Position numbers and translations under genes: made by a program
Notes under the pieces: model-generated
The model's input: the letters and a program-made list of their open reading frames with translations, nothing else
What the model was told of the DNA's origin: nothing
Database searches by the model: none
IMG/VR virus record: IMGVR_UViG_3300046355_000236
From: a virus
Lineage: Duplodnaviria > Heunggongvirae > Uroviricota > Caudoviricetes
Direction: 5' to 3' (one strand)
DNA length: 64,000 nucleotides
Shown here: piece after piece, positions 39,564-50,256 of the stretch
Layout of the letters: each line of letters opens with the position of its first letter
Numbering within the stretch: the first letter of the stretch is position 1

Positions 39564-40196
39564 ATGACAGCAGCAATCGCACAAATGGCAGCAACTTTGA
39601 CCACCGACAAAACCCCTGCGAAAAAGACTCGCAAACCTACGGCGAAGAAAGTTGAAACCAAAAGTGTTACGAACGAAGTGGCAATCAACCCTGTGGCTAT
39701 TATGGAGTCGTTGGGGTTGGATGTTGACGGTTCAGTGTCCAAAGCAGTCAACGATTTGGGGATGTACTTCAACGAATCTGAAAACAAACTTGCTAGTGCC
39801 AACACAATCATCACTAGTTTGGGTGGCACTGAAATGTCCAACGAACTCGAAGCGGACATGATGGCAAAGGCTCTGATTGAGCAAGTAATGAAAACAAAAG
39901 AGTCATATTCGGCAGAAGTGGCAGTGACGAAAGCTACTGAGAAAGTAGCACGAGTGTTGAACAATATGCCAGAACTGAAAGTAGCAAAGGAAGTCACAGA
40001 AGTGCCTACTACTACCCCATCAGGACGTGCGAACAAAAACAACAACGAGAAGAAAGCTAACGCTAAAGTGATCTACGATCGCATGAATGACGGTACTTCT
40101 AGCCAGTCTGCTATCGCAAAGCAGATCGCAAGTGAACTTGACATCACGTTTGCTAACGCTTTCTACTACGTGTCACGAGTGTTCGGCAAGAAGTGA
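39564..40196 (+). CDS. Ala/Lys/Thr-rich protein (abundant structural or DNA-associated protein candidate)
   Basis: ggag SD; followed by a strong 10-bp-stem hairpin terminator at 40208-40238. Confidence 0.45.
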   Translation: MTAAIAQMAATLTTDKTPAKKTRKPTAKKVETKSVTNEVAINPVAIMESLGLDVDGSVSKAVNDLGMYFNESENKLASANTIITSLGGTEMSNELEADMMAKALIEQVMKTKESYSAEVAVTKATEKVARVLNNMPELKVAKEVTEVPTTTPSGRANKNNNEKKANAKVIYDRMNDGTSSQSAIAKQIASELDITFANAFYYVSRVFGKK

Positions 40197-40207
40197 TACT
40201 AGTTAGT

Positions 40208-40238
40208 TACCTCCCCTGCAGACAACCTTGCAGGGGAG
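40208..40238 (+). terminator. rho-independent terminator hairpin
   Basis: ctcccctgcag-acaacc-ttgcaggggag. Confidence 0.5.
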
Positions 40239-40705
40239 TAACGACAAGGACCAACCAATGTTGAAACCAATAGTGTCACTACTCGAAGCATTCTCTAACA
40301 CATGGGAGTCACTCATGCAAGTCGTTGAATGGATTGGACTGAACACAGAAGTGCTACTGACCAAGCTATTCATTCATGAGTAAGCGTACATCAGAACCCC
40401 CTGCAGGACAACACTAAAAACAAGTGTATTCTGTAGGGGGTTATAGCCATATGGGTGCTATAGGGATACCCACCCCGGAGAGGGGTTTTTAAACCAAATA
40501 TTATGCATGGCTGTAGATGAATTTCTTTCCGCTCAGGATAGCTCAGCACGCCCCCCGAAAGTTCCCGCGTTTCTCTTCCCGCGGATCTCAGAATTTTTTT
40601 TCCCGCAAAATCAGTAAAATCCGAAATCCACACGGGGGCGGAAATATACGCTATATGTGGCCGACACGTCCATAGAAATTTTTTTTGTAAAAAATTATGA
40701 AAATA

Positions 40706-40734
40706 ACGGTTGCCTGTTGTTTAGAGTTCTGATA
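40706..40734 (+). promoter_or_regulatory. sigma70-like promoter candidate upstream of the DUF932-like gene
   Basis: TTGCCT-17 nt-TACAAT, preceded by TTCCCGC direct repeats at 40555-40610. Confidence 0.35.
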
Positions 40735-40774
40735 CAATAAACGTTCTTTCAACAAACTCGTATAGGATGTTATT

Positions 40775-41725
40775 ATGGCACACATGGTAGAAACAATGGC
40801 ATATGCAGGTGAAACTCCTTGGCACGGTCTTGGTGTTCACGTTCCGGCAGACTTGTCGCCAGCTCAGATGCTTGAGAAGGCAGGCCTCGATTGGACGGTA
40901 GAGAAGGTTCCTGCATTTGCAGAGATTGGTGGCGTCAAGAAGAACGTTGGATGGTCCGCACTTGTTCGTAGCACCGATCAGAGCGTCCTGTCTGTCGTAT
41001 CCAATGATTGGAATGCAGTGCAGAACCATGAAGCGTTTGAGTTCTTCCATGAGTACTGTGCAGCAGGTGATATGGAGATGCATACTGCAGGCTCTTTGCG
41101 TGACGGGCAAGTTGTGTGGGCGCTTGCTAAGATCAAGGAATCGTTTGAGCTGTTCAAGGGCGACCAGGTCGATTCATACTTGCTGTTCACCAACCCTCAT
41201 AAGTTTGGCCAATCCATCGACGTGCGGTTTACTCCTATCCGCGTTGTGTGCAATAACACACTGACTCTGTCACTCGAGCAGAAAGCAGACCGTGTGGTCA
41301 AGAAAAGCCACCGCACTGCATTCGATCCCGCTCAGGTAAAAGAGCAACTGGGGATTGCAACGGATAAACTTGCCAAGTACAAAGAGATGGCAGCATTCCT
41401 TGGCAGCAAGCGTTATACAGAAGGATCGCTGTCAGAGTACTTCAACAAGATCTTCCCCGTCCTTGCATATAACAAGGAAAAGGGCCCTCAGCGCAAACAA
41501 CTGTCCAAGTCCGCCTCTCGTGCACTCGAAATCATTGACACACAACCTGGTGCTGCATTCGCTCAGGGTTCGTGGTGGCAAGCATTCAACGCTGTGACGT
41601 ACCTGACGGATCACGAAATTGGCCGCTCTGCCGATAGCCGTCTGCAGTCTGCATGGTTTGGTGCCAATAAGAACGTCAAACTGAAGGCTCTGGAAACTGC
41701 AGTTGAATTTGCGGAGGCAGCATGA
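40775..41725 (+). CDS. DUF932-like phage/plasmid protein (TIGR03299-like)
   Basis: N-terminus ..GETPWHGLG is typical of the family; 316 aa. Confidence 0.5.
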   Translation: MAHMVETMAYAGETPWHGLGVHVPADLSPAQMLEKAGLDWTVEKVPAFAEIGGVKKNVGWSALVRSTDQSVLSVVSNDWNAVQNHEAFEFFHEYCAAGDMEMHTAGSLRDGQVVWALAKIKESFELFKGDQVDSYLLFTNPHKFGQSIDVRFTPIRVVCNNTLTLSLEQKADRVVKKSHRTAFDPAQVKEQLGIATDKLAKYKEMAAFLGSKRYTEGSLSEYFNKIFPVLAYNKEKGPQRKQLSKSASRALEIIDTQPGAAFAQGSWWQAFNAVTYLTDHEIGRSADSRLQSAWFGANKNVKLKALETAVEFAEAA

Positions 41726-41958
41726 CATATTACACAGACGAAGGTGTCCACCGGGACGCAGCAGTACGGAAAGCTGTCCGTAACCCATCAGCTTTCCCTC
41801 ATCCACACTCGCAACAACAAAGCGGGATGACGCTACGCGATTACTTTGCGGGGCAATGCATGCAGGCTTTGCTTACAAGGGGCGATGATACTAATCGCCC
41901 GGCTATCGCAGAATGGGCATACATGATGGCAGATGCAATGCTTAAGGAGCGAGCATGA
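41722..41958 (+). CDS. hypothetical small protein
   Basis: ATGA-coupled. Confidence 0.35.
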   Translation: MTYYTDEGVHRDAAVRKAVRNPSAFPHPHSQQQSGMTLRDYFAGQCMQALLTRGDDTNRPAIAEWAYMMADAMLKERA

Positions 41959-42242
41959 CCAAAGACAAAGCCCTTGCAAAGCCTGTGGCGTGGATAAACG
42001 CAAAAGGTGATATGACTTACTTGCATGGCCCGTACAATAACGATGACAGGCCACTCATTTACGGCGACATACCGCTCACAGCACCTGTGTCGCTGACCGA
42101 CCTGGAAAAGGACGCAGCAGCTCTTTTGTTCGCTCTGCATGATGCGTGGCCATATGTCCATCAGTGGTGCACAATTGAGTCTAAGAGGAAGTCTATTCTG
42201 GCGCTGATGCGCAAACACGGAGATTTTGCGGACCTCGCTTAA
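41955..42242 (+). CDS. hypothetical small protein
   Basis: ATGA-coupled. Confidence 0.35.
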   Translation: MTKDKALAKPVAWINAKGDMTYLHGPYNNDDRPLIYGDIPLTAPVSLTDLEKDAAALLFALHDAWPYVHQWCTIESKRKSILALMRKHGDFADLA

Positions 42243-42301
42243 AAAAATCGGTGGGCACCGGCTGATTATTACCTATAGATATTGATTTTCAGTGTAGTGA
42301 C

Positions 42302-42958
42302 ATGAATATTACCAAGTTTCCAGTGCTAATCTTATCAGCCCCAAGGACAGGAAGCACTCCTCTGATGCAGTACATACAAAAACACTGCAATGAGGACGTG
42401 CCTTTCTTCATGGAGCCGACTACAGGCAACTGGCAGCCGGGCGTTTCCCACTGGTCTACTGGCAAAGTAATGGATGAATTTATGGCAACTGCCACAACTT
42501 CTCATAAATTCATCGTCAAAGACCACATCCATACGTTTTCAAAGCACGATCAACATATACAAAACCTTCTGTTATCAGATTCAACGTTTAAAATCCGACT
42601 ACAACGACGCAATTTTGCCGAACAAGTGGCGAGTCGGTACATCGTGTGGTGTAGGAATGAGTGGCACTACACGGAAAAAACTGTTTCTACAGATTACGAA
42701 CAGCCAATTCCACTGAGTGCTGACATAATTTTACGAATTTGCAGCTTCATACATGCAATAAATGAGCAGCTTCGCGAAACAGATATAAATTTTGACCTGG
42801 ATTTGTACTACGAAGATGTGTTGACATCGTGTGACTTAGACCAGTCAGGGCTTTTGGCGACTCCAAAACCTAAAAACTACCAAGAACTACTGGATTTTAT
42901 CAAATTCCAAATAGAGCACGCCTGGCCGTCTCATAGTACACGTCACCTTCGTTTATAG
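42302..42958 (+). CDS. sulfotransferase-like protein
   Basis: LILSAPRTGSTPL resembles the 5'-PSB PAPS-binding loop (PKxGTT). Confidence 0.5.
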   Translation: MNITKFPVLILSAPRTGSTPLMQYIQKHCNEDVPFFMEPTTGNWQPGVSHWSTGKVMDEFMATATTSHKFIVKDHIHTFSKHDQHIQNLLLSDSTFKIRLQRRNFAEQVASRYIVWCRNEWHYTEKTVSTDYEQPIPLSADIILRICSFIHAINEQLRETDINFDLDLYYEDVLTSCDLDQSGLLATPKPKNYQELLDFIKFQIEHAWPSHSTRHLRL

Positions 42959-43511
42959 TTCTGAGTGAAAGTAGCTTGCGATTGCTATCACTCATCCTAT
43001 TATCGAAGTCATGGTAGATGTCGACGTTGATTAGTATGCACTCACCCTGCTTAAATGTAGCTGTTTTGGCGGGAGTAAACTTATCTGGGTCGAAACCTTT
43101 CAGTTCTCGTGTGAACGGACCGTCGTTAAACACCTCATACCCCTGGCTGACCGACTCATCATACCAGTTGGTCTTGCATTTATCGTCATTTACTTCTAGG
43201 TAATAGTTAATACCGAACCTATTACACAGTCCATCTTTGTGTGCAACGTAGTAACTATTCGGTTTAGCGCTCAACATCCCCGTATGGCGTGTTTTTGTTT
43301 TTACTAAGCTGAACGGACTCAGTGTATGGATAAGGTATTCATCGGCAAGAGGCAGTCTTATATGGCCAACCTTCTTTGCTGATGCCTCTTCATCAAAGAA
43401 CTGTTTGTTGGCCTGAGCAATGCGCTGGCCAATCTCTATGATGTCTTCCATATTTTCATGAACAATCCTCATGTAGTAAGGACTGCAGTCTTCGATGATT
43501 TCAATTTTCAT
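42900..43511 (-). CDS. cupin / 2OG-Fe(II) oxygenase-like protein
   Basis: AHKDG ... YHDFDN gives HxD...H. Confidence 0.4.
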   Translation of the reverse strand: MKIEIIEDCSPYYMRIVHENMEDIIEIGQRIAQANKQFFDEEASAKKVGHIRLPLADEYLIHTLSPFSLVKTKTRHTGMLSAKPNSYYVAHKDGLCNRFGINYYLEVNDDKCKTNWYDESVSQGYEVFNDGPFTRELKGFDPDKFTPAKTATFKQGECILINVDIYHDFDNRMSDSNRKLLSLRTINEGDVYYETARRALFGI

Positions 43512-44952
43512 TGTAGGATCTGTCTAGTAGAATATCGCGGTAGTTGTTTACAGTATCGAGCACTCTAAGTGATAACATATCGCTTTCTGGCATTCGTCTA
43601 TCATCAGCTAAACGTATGCCTAGATTCTTGATAATTGTTGTAGCAAAACCACCCACTCGGTTTCTTTTTGTTGTTTGGCATTTGGTTGCTATATCACTAC
43701 TGAACGATGCTGCCCATTTTCTGTCAAAATTTCCATTGTGCCACACGCCGTCATCCATTGTGTAGTATTTTTGCCAGTTAAGGTCAAACTCACTTTTGAA
43801 TGTTTTTTTATCTGATATGTCTATGGTTAGTGGAGATATGGCAAAGCTGTCCAATGGATAATCAGGTGATAACAACCGTTCAGACCATCCAGCAATAGTG
43901 TCTGTGGTTTCATATGGCAATCCAGCAATAAAACTTCCCTCGGTCGAGCATTGAGGCATTAGAGTTTTAAACCTGTGTAATTCGTCCTCGATCTTCTCAG
44001 GTCGCAATCCTTTGCCTACAGCCTTACTGCTTTCGTAGTTCAGAGATTCGATTCCGAAGAGCGCACCAACCAAACCAGCATCCTTTAACATGGTATACTG
44101 TTCTGGATGTGCTCTTAGCAGCTCCAACCTAATGTATGCTGTGTACTCAAAGTTGAATGGCAGACTTTGCTTAACATCAGCCAGCATTGCTAACTTTACT
44201 GAGGTGTCGTTGTGTGTATCATCCGCAATAATGTAACTTGTAGTACCACGTTCGTAGTAATTTTTGATTAATTCATTGTAGATGGTCTGTTTATGCTTTA
44301 CGTAATCGTTTTTCTTTTTCCCATTCAGCGGATAATTGCAAAACGAGCATTTGAAAATACATCCTCTTGCAATTTCGAGAACTAGACTTTCCCCATGTCT
44401 AATGTTATCATGTGCAATGTATTCGATTGCGCTTGAATTGAAATCAAACGAGGAGTTATGTGTATTGCCATCCAATACCATTTTGTTATTGGCGTTTGTT
44501 GAATATGTGAAGAATGGATTCTTGCCATCCAACCATTTTAAATACTCAACGATAGATCTATCAGCATATCCAGTGGCCAGCACGTCAACAAGGTTATGAG
44601 ATAAGGCTAGTACGTTTGCACCGCCTGCAACGATCTTTGTACTGCTGTTAATCTTTTTTATGTGTTTGAATACTATGTCCACTCTTCTCAAGTACACATT
44701 CGTGTCTGCATCACGGTATGGGTTCAGCCCATGTGTAAAGGTCGTGCTTATACCTACAACCTTTGTAGACTTTCCTACACTTGCTGTAATAGCAGAAAGC
44801 AAATCATTAATTGGTAGTTGTGAAAAGAAGTCAACTATTTGACAGCTATAGTTGGCTGATCTGATTTCTGTTGCAAGACGGTATGCACCAGCGGTCCTCA
44901 TTCCAAATGAGGCTTCAGACAGGATCACGACGTCTGCGTTAGACTGTATCAT
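43501..44952 (-). CDS. B12-binding-domain radical SAM enzyme (class B-like)
   Basis: CSFCNYP is the CxxxCxxC radical SAM cluster motif; N-terminal region before it is B12/Rossmann-like. Confidence 0.6.
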   Translation of the reverse strand: MIQSNADVVILSEASFGMRTAGAYRLATEIRSANYSCQIVDFFSQLPINDLLSAITASVGKSTKVVGISTTFTHGLNPYRDADTNVYLRRVDIVFKHIKKINSSTKIVAGGANVLALSHNLVDVLATGYADRSIVEYLKWLDGKNPFFTYSTNANNKMVLDGNTHNSSFDFNSSAIEYIAHDNIRHGESLVLEIARGCIFKCSFCNYPLNGKKKNDYVKHKQTIYNELIKNYYERGTTSYIIADDTHNDTSVKLAMLADVKQSLPFNFEYTAYIRLELLRAHPEQYTMLKDAGLVGALFGIESLNYESSKAVGKGLRPEKIEDELHRFKTLMPQCSTEGSFIAGLPYETTDTIAGWSERLLSPDYPLDSFAISPLTIDISDKKTFKSEFDLNWQKYYTMDDGVWHNGNFDRKWAASFSSDIATKCQTTKRNRVGGFATTIIKNLGIRLADDRRMPESDMLSLRVLDTVNNYRDILLDRSYNEN

Positions 44953-44990
44953 TATAATTCATACTGTGCCGGTGTTCCAGCACAGGGTAC

Positions 44991-45290
44991 TTACGCTTCT
45001 ATGATAGTTTCGGTAATGTTTTTAGTAATACCACGCTCAGTAAGAAGGGGATCCTGGGCGCTCAACAGCGCGATTGTGATTGGGCTGTCAGCCACTACCT
45101 GCCAATCAGCTTTGGTTTCCCAATCAACATTGTTGGTAATCTCAGTATCTGTGTTGACTAAGTTGAATTTGCCAATAAAACCGCTCGCAGTAGCAATTAA
45201 ATCGTTATAGTCATCAATCTGGCTCAGCCCTTCCCATGGCCATGCCACATCTGTGCTTGGTCTAATCCATTGAATTGTGCGTCTGTACAT
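44991..45290 (-). CDS. hypothetical protein
   Basis: ORF in operon context. Confidence 0.35.
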   Translation of the reverse strand: MYRRTIQWIRPSTDVAWPWEGLSQIDDYNDLIATASGFIGKFNLVNTDTEITNNVDWETKADWQVVADSPITIALLSAQDPLLTERGITKNITETIIEA

Positions 45291-45320
45291 AGTTGCCTCG
45301 TTTGTAAATATTGTAGCTAT

Positions 45321-45968
45321 TTATCTATTAATGAAAAACCCCGGAGTCAAGGGATCATCAACCTTTACTTGAACAGCTAATCTACCTCGTCGGTCTCCCT
45401 GAATATTATGTACGCTATGCAACACAGTAGCTTTCATTAAATACCACGTACGGGGTTTAAAACAAGCCTCACCTAAAAACTCACAATTGTCCCAATCGTT
45501 CAAGAACGTACTTCTGCTTCGCTCGATAGGCATTCCACGTTCTCTCCAGAATTTTGTATACTGATCTGGGTTGCTTGCTTCCAAAATGTAGATTAAAACA
45601 AAATCTCTACTCATATCCGTGTGAATAGGAGCAGTTGTACCGTCACCTTCTTTGTTCTGATATGCGACATTGACGTAAGACCCATCATGAACCTTACATA
45701 CATTCTCTGATACCCACGTATCAAACTGATCACTTAGTTTAAACTTAATATTTGGTCGACCTCTGACTATCTTACCGTCGAGATCTTTGATTTCCCTGAA
45801 CCAAATACTAGGACTCAGCTCTTTATACAGCTCTCCCGTCTGTGGGACCGCGTTGTTTTCATCCAAAGCAATTGCCATAGCCTCGTCGATGAGCGATTGT
45901 GGTAGGTTTGGTACGTTCGAAAGCTCTTCAAATAAAAACACTTCTTCTGTGTCGTCTTTATAATACAT
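45321..45968 (-). CDS. cupin / 2OG-Fe(II) oxygenase-like protein
   Basis: IHTDMSRD ... LHSVHNI gives HxD...H. Confidence 0.4.
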   Translation of the reverse strand: MYYKDDTEEVFLFEELSNVPNLPQSLIDEAMAIALDENNAVPQTGELYKELSPSIWFREIKDLDGKIVRGRPNIKFKLSDQFDTWVSENVCKVHDGSYVNVAYQNKEGDGTTAPIHTDMSRDFVLIYILEASNPDQYTKFWRERGMPIERSRSTFLNDWDNCEFLGEACFKPRTWYLMKATVLHSVHNIQGDRRGRLAVQVKVDDPLTPGFFINR

Positions 45969-45975
45969 ATTTTTC

Positions 45976-47166
45976 CTATACGTTGAGCGTAAACAATTTT
46001 GTAGTTATCATCTGAAGACCTACCATTCTACCATTAGCATCTACAGTTTTGAATTGAGGGCTAATACCGTCAGACAGATCGTTGAGTTTATATATTAGTT
46101 TATTGTTTATGTGTTTAAACTCGTCTGATGTATACAGATAGTGAAACCACGGATGGTATATTTTGTTAAAGTTGTCTGGTTTCGCTACTTGGAACGTATT
46201 CTGGTCCCAGTTTGGATAACAGACTGAATTAACCACTTTATCAAACTCAAAAAACATTTCGAGCTTTTTATTATGAGTCGCAGTCTTCCTTACGTTTAGA
46301 TCGATCAACCTTTTTAGATGAGGATTGCGTCTTACATAGAATGCAACAGCATGTGCTCTTGCAAGCGTTAGATCAGGATAATCAGCAGAGTAGTAAAAGT
46401 TTACCCTAGAATCTACTTCTAGTTTATTATGGGAGTGTTGGTTGCCAGCAGCCATAATAGTTAGATCAGGGAAGCAAGTAGCGAACTTATCTGTGTTTGG
46501 ATCGTATGTTAGGATCGGCTTGTCGATACCAAAAATATTAGCTACCCGTTTTCCCTTATTTCCATTAGCAATAGCGTTTTCCGATACGACCTCGCTAAAC
46601 CCAAAGTTAGCCATTCCAAAGTTATGGTTCTGCTTATACAGCAGATCTTCGGTGATGTTAACTTGCTTTACAGTATCAATCCAATCATCAATAACAATCT
46701 TTATCTCAGGATGATGTTCTCTTACCCAGTCGAGTTTAGGCTTAATGGAAAAATCCCATTCACTCAACATATTGGTGGCACGTCTGTCGTTAATATCTGG
46801 TACATACTTGTTAGCATCTACCAAACGTTTGGGCCATCTCACGTAGATTTCATCTAGCTTGATATTGTTCTTTATGAAGGTTTCGAGAATTGTTGTGCTG
46901 TCAACACCACCACTAAAGTTGAGTATCAAGTAATCGTATGTTTCTCGTATCTGCCAAGCCCGAGTCTTGTACATATCTTCCAAGACGGTGCTCGGATTGT
47001 GCTTATACATCTTTAACGATGCATCCCATACCTCATCATAGTAATGGTATGTGACATTAGTCCTGCCCGCTGATGATGCATACAACAGCGCTTGCATCTT
47101 GCTAGTGAATACCTTAGCTCCACTAGCTGTGTGTGCTTTGTAATAACCCAGCGAGCTGTTTATCAT
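45976..47166 (-). CDS. PP-loop ATPase superfamily enzyme (PAPS reductase / TtcA / asparagine-synthase-like adenylating domain)
   Basis: LILNFSGGVDSTTIL is the SGGxDS PP-loop. Confidence 0.55.
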   Translation of the reverse strand: MINSSLGYYKAHTASGAKVFTSKMQALLYASSAGRTNVTYHYYDEVWDASLKMYKHNPSTVLEDMYKTRAWQIRETYDYLILNFSGGVDSTTILETFIKNNIKLDEIYVRWPKRLVDANKYVPDINDRRATNMLSEWDFSIKPKLDWVREHHPEIKIVIDDWIDTVKQVNITEDLLYKQNHNFGMANFGFSEVVSENAIANGNKGKRVANIFGIDKPILTYDPNTDKFATCFPDLTIMAAGNQHSHNKLEVDSRVNFYYSADYPDLTLARAHAVAFYVRRNPHLKRLIDLNVRKTATHNKKLEMFFEFDKVVNSVCYPNWDQNTFQVAKPDNFNKIYHPWFHYLYTSDEFKHINNKLIYKLNDLSDGISPQFKTVDANGRMVGLQMITTKLFTLNV

Positions 47167-48041
47167 TTCAGCAACCGCTTGATAATATCTTTTTCTGTTT
47201 TCAGTGCGTTAGGTTTTTTAGTGTCAATGCACGACTCATAACCCATGCCAGTAAAGATCTGTGCCATCTGTTCTTCATTGAGCTTTTTGTCGATGTATGT
47301 CTTTAACTTGGTCGATAATGCCGTATTACCTACAAATAGTTGGCGACTTTTGAACCCATGAATATCAACCCCGACATCTTTGAACGTAGGGACATCAGGA
47401 TACTTTTTAAGAGGTTGTGACGCTGCTAGGATTCTAAACTTACCTGAGTCGATGAGAGGTGAAACCAGTGTAACACTATCCAAATACCACACGATTGTAT
47501 CGGCAAGAAGAGCATTCATAACATCAGCAGCACCCTTGAATGGAATCTCGATTTGGTTCTTATCACCTCCTGCGATTAGTGGCGACACCATACTCTGCAC
47601 CGTACCAGTTCCTGATGTGCCGTATGGGATTGTTCTGGTTGCTGATGCTGAGCGAATATCTTGAAATCGTTTGATCGGGCTATCTGCTTTCACAATAACA
47701 ACACTTGGATCGGTAATTAGACACGACAAGAAAATGAAGTCGTTTTCGATATCGTATTTTGCATTGCCAAGTAGTGTATTAGTGACGAGTGCTTGACCAC
47801 TTACCAGTAGCGTCGGTTCACTCTTTTCATTTGCTACAAGAGTTGCTCCAAGAGCTCCGCCAGCTCCTGGTTTGTTCTCAACCACAAAAGTGTATTCATC
47901 GTTGGTTAGATGAGTCTGCAATTGACGTGCTAATTTGTCTGATGTTCCCCCTGCTGTGTATGGAACGACTATCTTAATGGTTTCTTTTGCGTATGTGGTA
48001 AAGCTAGCAGCTAAGAGTAGAATGGTAATTAGTTTTTTCAT
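47163..48041 (-). CDS. TctC/Bug-family-like periplasmic solute-binding protein
   Basis: Signal peptide MKKLITILLLAASFTTYA; IVVPYTAGGTSD..PGAGGALGA pattern. Confidence 0.45.
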   Translation of the reverse strand: MKKLITILLLAASFTTYAKETIKIVVPYTAGGTSDKLARQLQTHLTNDEYTFVVENKPGAGGALGATLVANEKSEPTLLVSGQALVTNTLLGNAKYDIENDFIFLSCLITDPSVVIVKADSPIKRFQDIRSASATRTIPYGTSGTGTVQSMVSPLIAGGDKNQIEIPFKGAADVMNALLADTIVWYLDSVTLVSPLIDSGKFRILAASQPLKKYPDVPTFKDVGVDIHGFKSRQLFVGNTALSTKLKTYIDKKLNEEQMAQIFTGMGYESCIDTKKPNALKTEKDIIKRLLK

Positions 48042-48043
48042 GA

Positions 48044-48910
48044 TTAAGGTTTATCAGTTCGAATAAGTTGTATGAACCAGAAGGTTGGATCGATCTCCCA
48101 CCACCTACGCCCTCCATAATTTGGATTGCGGCCTTCACCGTGATGGTTGTTATGCCACGCCTCTCCTAGTATTAAAGGAAAGAGCCACGGCGAATTTATA
48201 CTATCATCTTTAACTGCATAATTGCGATACCCCATCTGCGGTATATGAGTAACACTTGTTTGCAATAAAAACAAATGCAAAGTGATTACGGAAGGCAGCA
48301 GCAGTAAAAACACCCACAACTGTACACTAACCATTGCCAAAAGTAAATGGGTGATCCATATGATGTATATGTAATATTTGTGTGCAAACAGCATATCTGG
48401 ATCTCGTTGCAGATCGATTGTCGATCTAACACTAATGTTTACGTGTTTAAACATCCACGCCATGTAGCTGTGCCAAAATCCATCTCTTGGGCTGTGCAAA
48501 TCTTTTGGAGTATCGGCATGGCGATGGTGATACCCTCGATGTATGGAGCACCATGCAATAGGACTTCCTTGTCCTGCTAAGACGCCAAAATACAGAGTAA
48601 TCAGTTTAATATGTCTGCTTACTTTATACCCTCTGTGACAAAATAATCTGTGGTAACCAGCAGCAATACCAATCATCTTTAGGCAGACATAGCCTATAAG
48701 TAATGCAACCCACCACCAAGCGGGAATAGACACCGTAAACAGCGCTATAACAGCGATAACATGGAAAGGCACTATCACCCCCCATAGTTGAGGTAACTTA
48801 CGTGTATTTCTGAGTATTTGAGTTACCGATGTTTCCACTGCTTTAAAATGTCTTGATTGCCGTTGTAGATGATGTATTGCCAGCATGCGTCTTGTTGTTC
48901 GCATGGACAT
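48044..48910 (-). CDS. membrane His-box di-iron oxygenase (fatty-acid desaturase/hydroxylase-like)
   Basis: Several TM helices; His boxes HRLFCH, HRGYHHRH, HNNHH. Confidence 0.5.
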   Translation of the reverse strand: MSMRTTRRMLAIHHLQRQSRHFKAVETSVTQILRNTRKLPQLWGVIVPFHVIAVIALFTVSIPAWWWVALLIGYVCLKMIGIAAGYHRLFCHRGYKVSRHIKLITLYFGVLAGQGSPIAWCSIHRGYHHRHADTPKDLHSPRDGFWHSYMAWMFKHVNISVRSTIDLQRDPDMLFAHKYYIYIIWITHLLLAMVSVQLWVFLLLLPSVITLHLFLLQTSVTHIPQMGYRNYAVKDDSINSPWLFPLILGEAWHNNHHGEGRNPNYGGRRWWEIDPTFWFIQLIRTDKP

Positions 48911-49374
48911 GTCAAATACTTATATGGGTCTTTGGTAAAGTGAATGTTGTGATCATTTTTAAATGAATCGATCATCCAATCCTGCCAGTTGCTTGTTTCG
49001 CGGCTTATGAAATATAACTCGAAGTCGGTATGTTGCTTGAGCCAGTCTATCTGACTTGCACCAGCTGCACCTACGCCCAGCGTCACTCGCCGTAAATATT
49101 CTTTACGGTCATTGGGCTTCCACAATCTATTGTATATTCGATATGTGTCATCGGGCCAGCAGCTTCGTGCAGATATACTTGAACAAACAATAGGTTGGTT
49201 ATCACAATCAAATACGATTGTGCACGCTACACAATCATCCATCATTCTCTTGTTATAGTTTTTCCAAAGTCTGTGTGTTTTATCCTGGTGCTGCTTTTCG
49301 CGAAGACTGTCAAAAAGGGTATCCATTGCTGGATTGGACCCTGGAGTCCATGTTATCGATGTCACTGTTTGCAT
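48823..49374 (-). CDS. hypothetical Cys/Trp-rich protein
   Basis: ORF in operon context. Confidence 0.35.
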   Translation of the reverse strand: MQTVTSITWTPGSNPAMDTLFDSLREKQHQDKTHRLWKNYNKRMMDDCVACTIVFDCDNQPIVCSSISARSCWPDDTYRIYNRLWKPNDRKEYLRRVTLGVGAAGASQIDWLKQHTDFELYFISRETSNWQDWMIDSFKNDHNIHFTKDPYKYLTCPCEQQDACWQYIIYNGNQDILKQWKHR

Positions 49375-50243
49375 AGGTTATATTTTTTCATGAAGGCAAA
49401 AAAATCTATATCGTAACTACCATTCCATCTTTTGCCCTGCTTATGTAATTCTTGAAAGTAGGGGTGTTTGAAGATAGGTGATTGCTCGATCTGCTCATAA
49501 CCATGATACTTTGGTCGCGCAATAAGATTGAAACCACTATGTCTGTTGTATATCTCTACTTTGCTAGAGTTTGAACCTTGTTTGTGGGGGCGTCTATTAC
49601 TCGCCAATTCAAACATTACTGGATCTGTAAGCATTGCAGACATCATTTCAGGTCTGTATGTGTTGAAATGTGTAGTACCGTCTATTCCCTTTTTTTCAAA
49701 ATATCGATACACAGCAAATTCGTGCTCATCCAGATGTATTACCCATGACAGCGATTGTTGGTCTGGCTTTATGTACATCTCACCGTCACCACATATGACA
49801 GTGCCATCGAGCTTTTCAGCAACAAATGCTGTCAACGCCCGATGATATATTTCAGACTTACATATTTGAGCAACTTCGAGCATCTTACCACTAGAGACGA
49901 AGTGGTCGAAGTCAATGTTAATTACTAAAGGTGTTAGATTTTTTGATCTACAGAAATCAAAAGCATATTTGGTATCGTAGGTATTATATCCCTGTATCAT
50001 ATTGATAATGACAGGAACTATCGGTATACCAGCGCTGAGAAAAACACTCAATGTGTTTTCACTATCTAAACCACCACTATACAATAAGTGGAGCTTGCCG
50101 ACCTTTAGAGAATTAATTTCCTCTGCAGCCAGCAAGCTCTCTTTGTAATAGTTTTGAAACGTAGTGGGAAGAGGGTTAATATGGACAGTAAAATTAGAAC
50201 CATGACCGCGTGGTTCATAGTAATTGCTCTTTACAAAATCCAT
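49362..50243 (-). CDS. PP-loop ATPase superfamily enzyme
   Basis: LHLLYSGGLDSENTL is the SGGxDS PP-loop. Confidence 0.5.
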   Translation of the reverse strand: MDFVKSNYYEPRGHGSNFTVHINPLPTTFQNYYKESLLAAEEINSLKVGKLHLLYSGGLDSENTLSVFLSAGIPIVPVIINMIQGYNTYDTKYAFDFCRSKNLTPLVINIDFDHFVSSGKMLEVAQICKSEIYHRALTAFVAEKLDGTVICGDGEMYIKPDQQSLSWVIHLDEHEFAVYRYFEKKGIDGTTHFNTYRPEMMSAMLTDPVMFELASNRRPHKQGSNSSKVEIYNRHSGFNLIARPKYHGYEQIEQSPIFKHPYFQELHKQGKRWNGSYDIDFFAFMKKYNLCKQ

Positions 50244-50256
50244 ATTCCCTCTTTTA

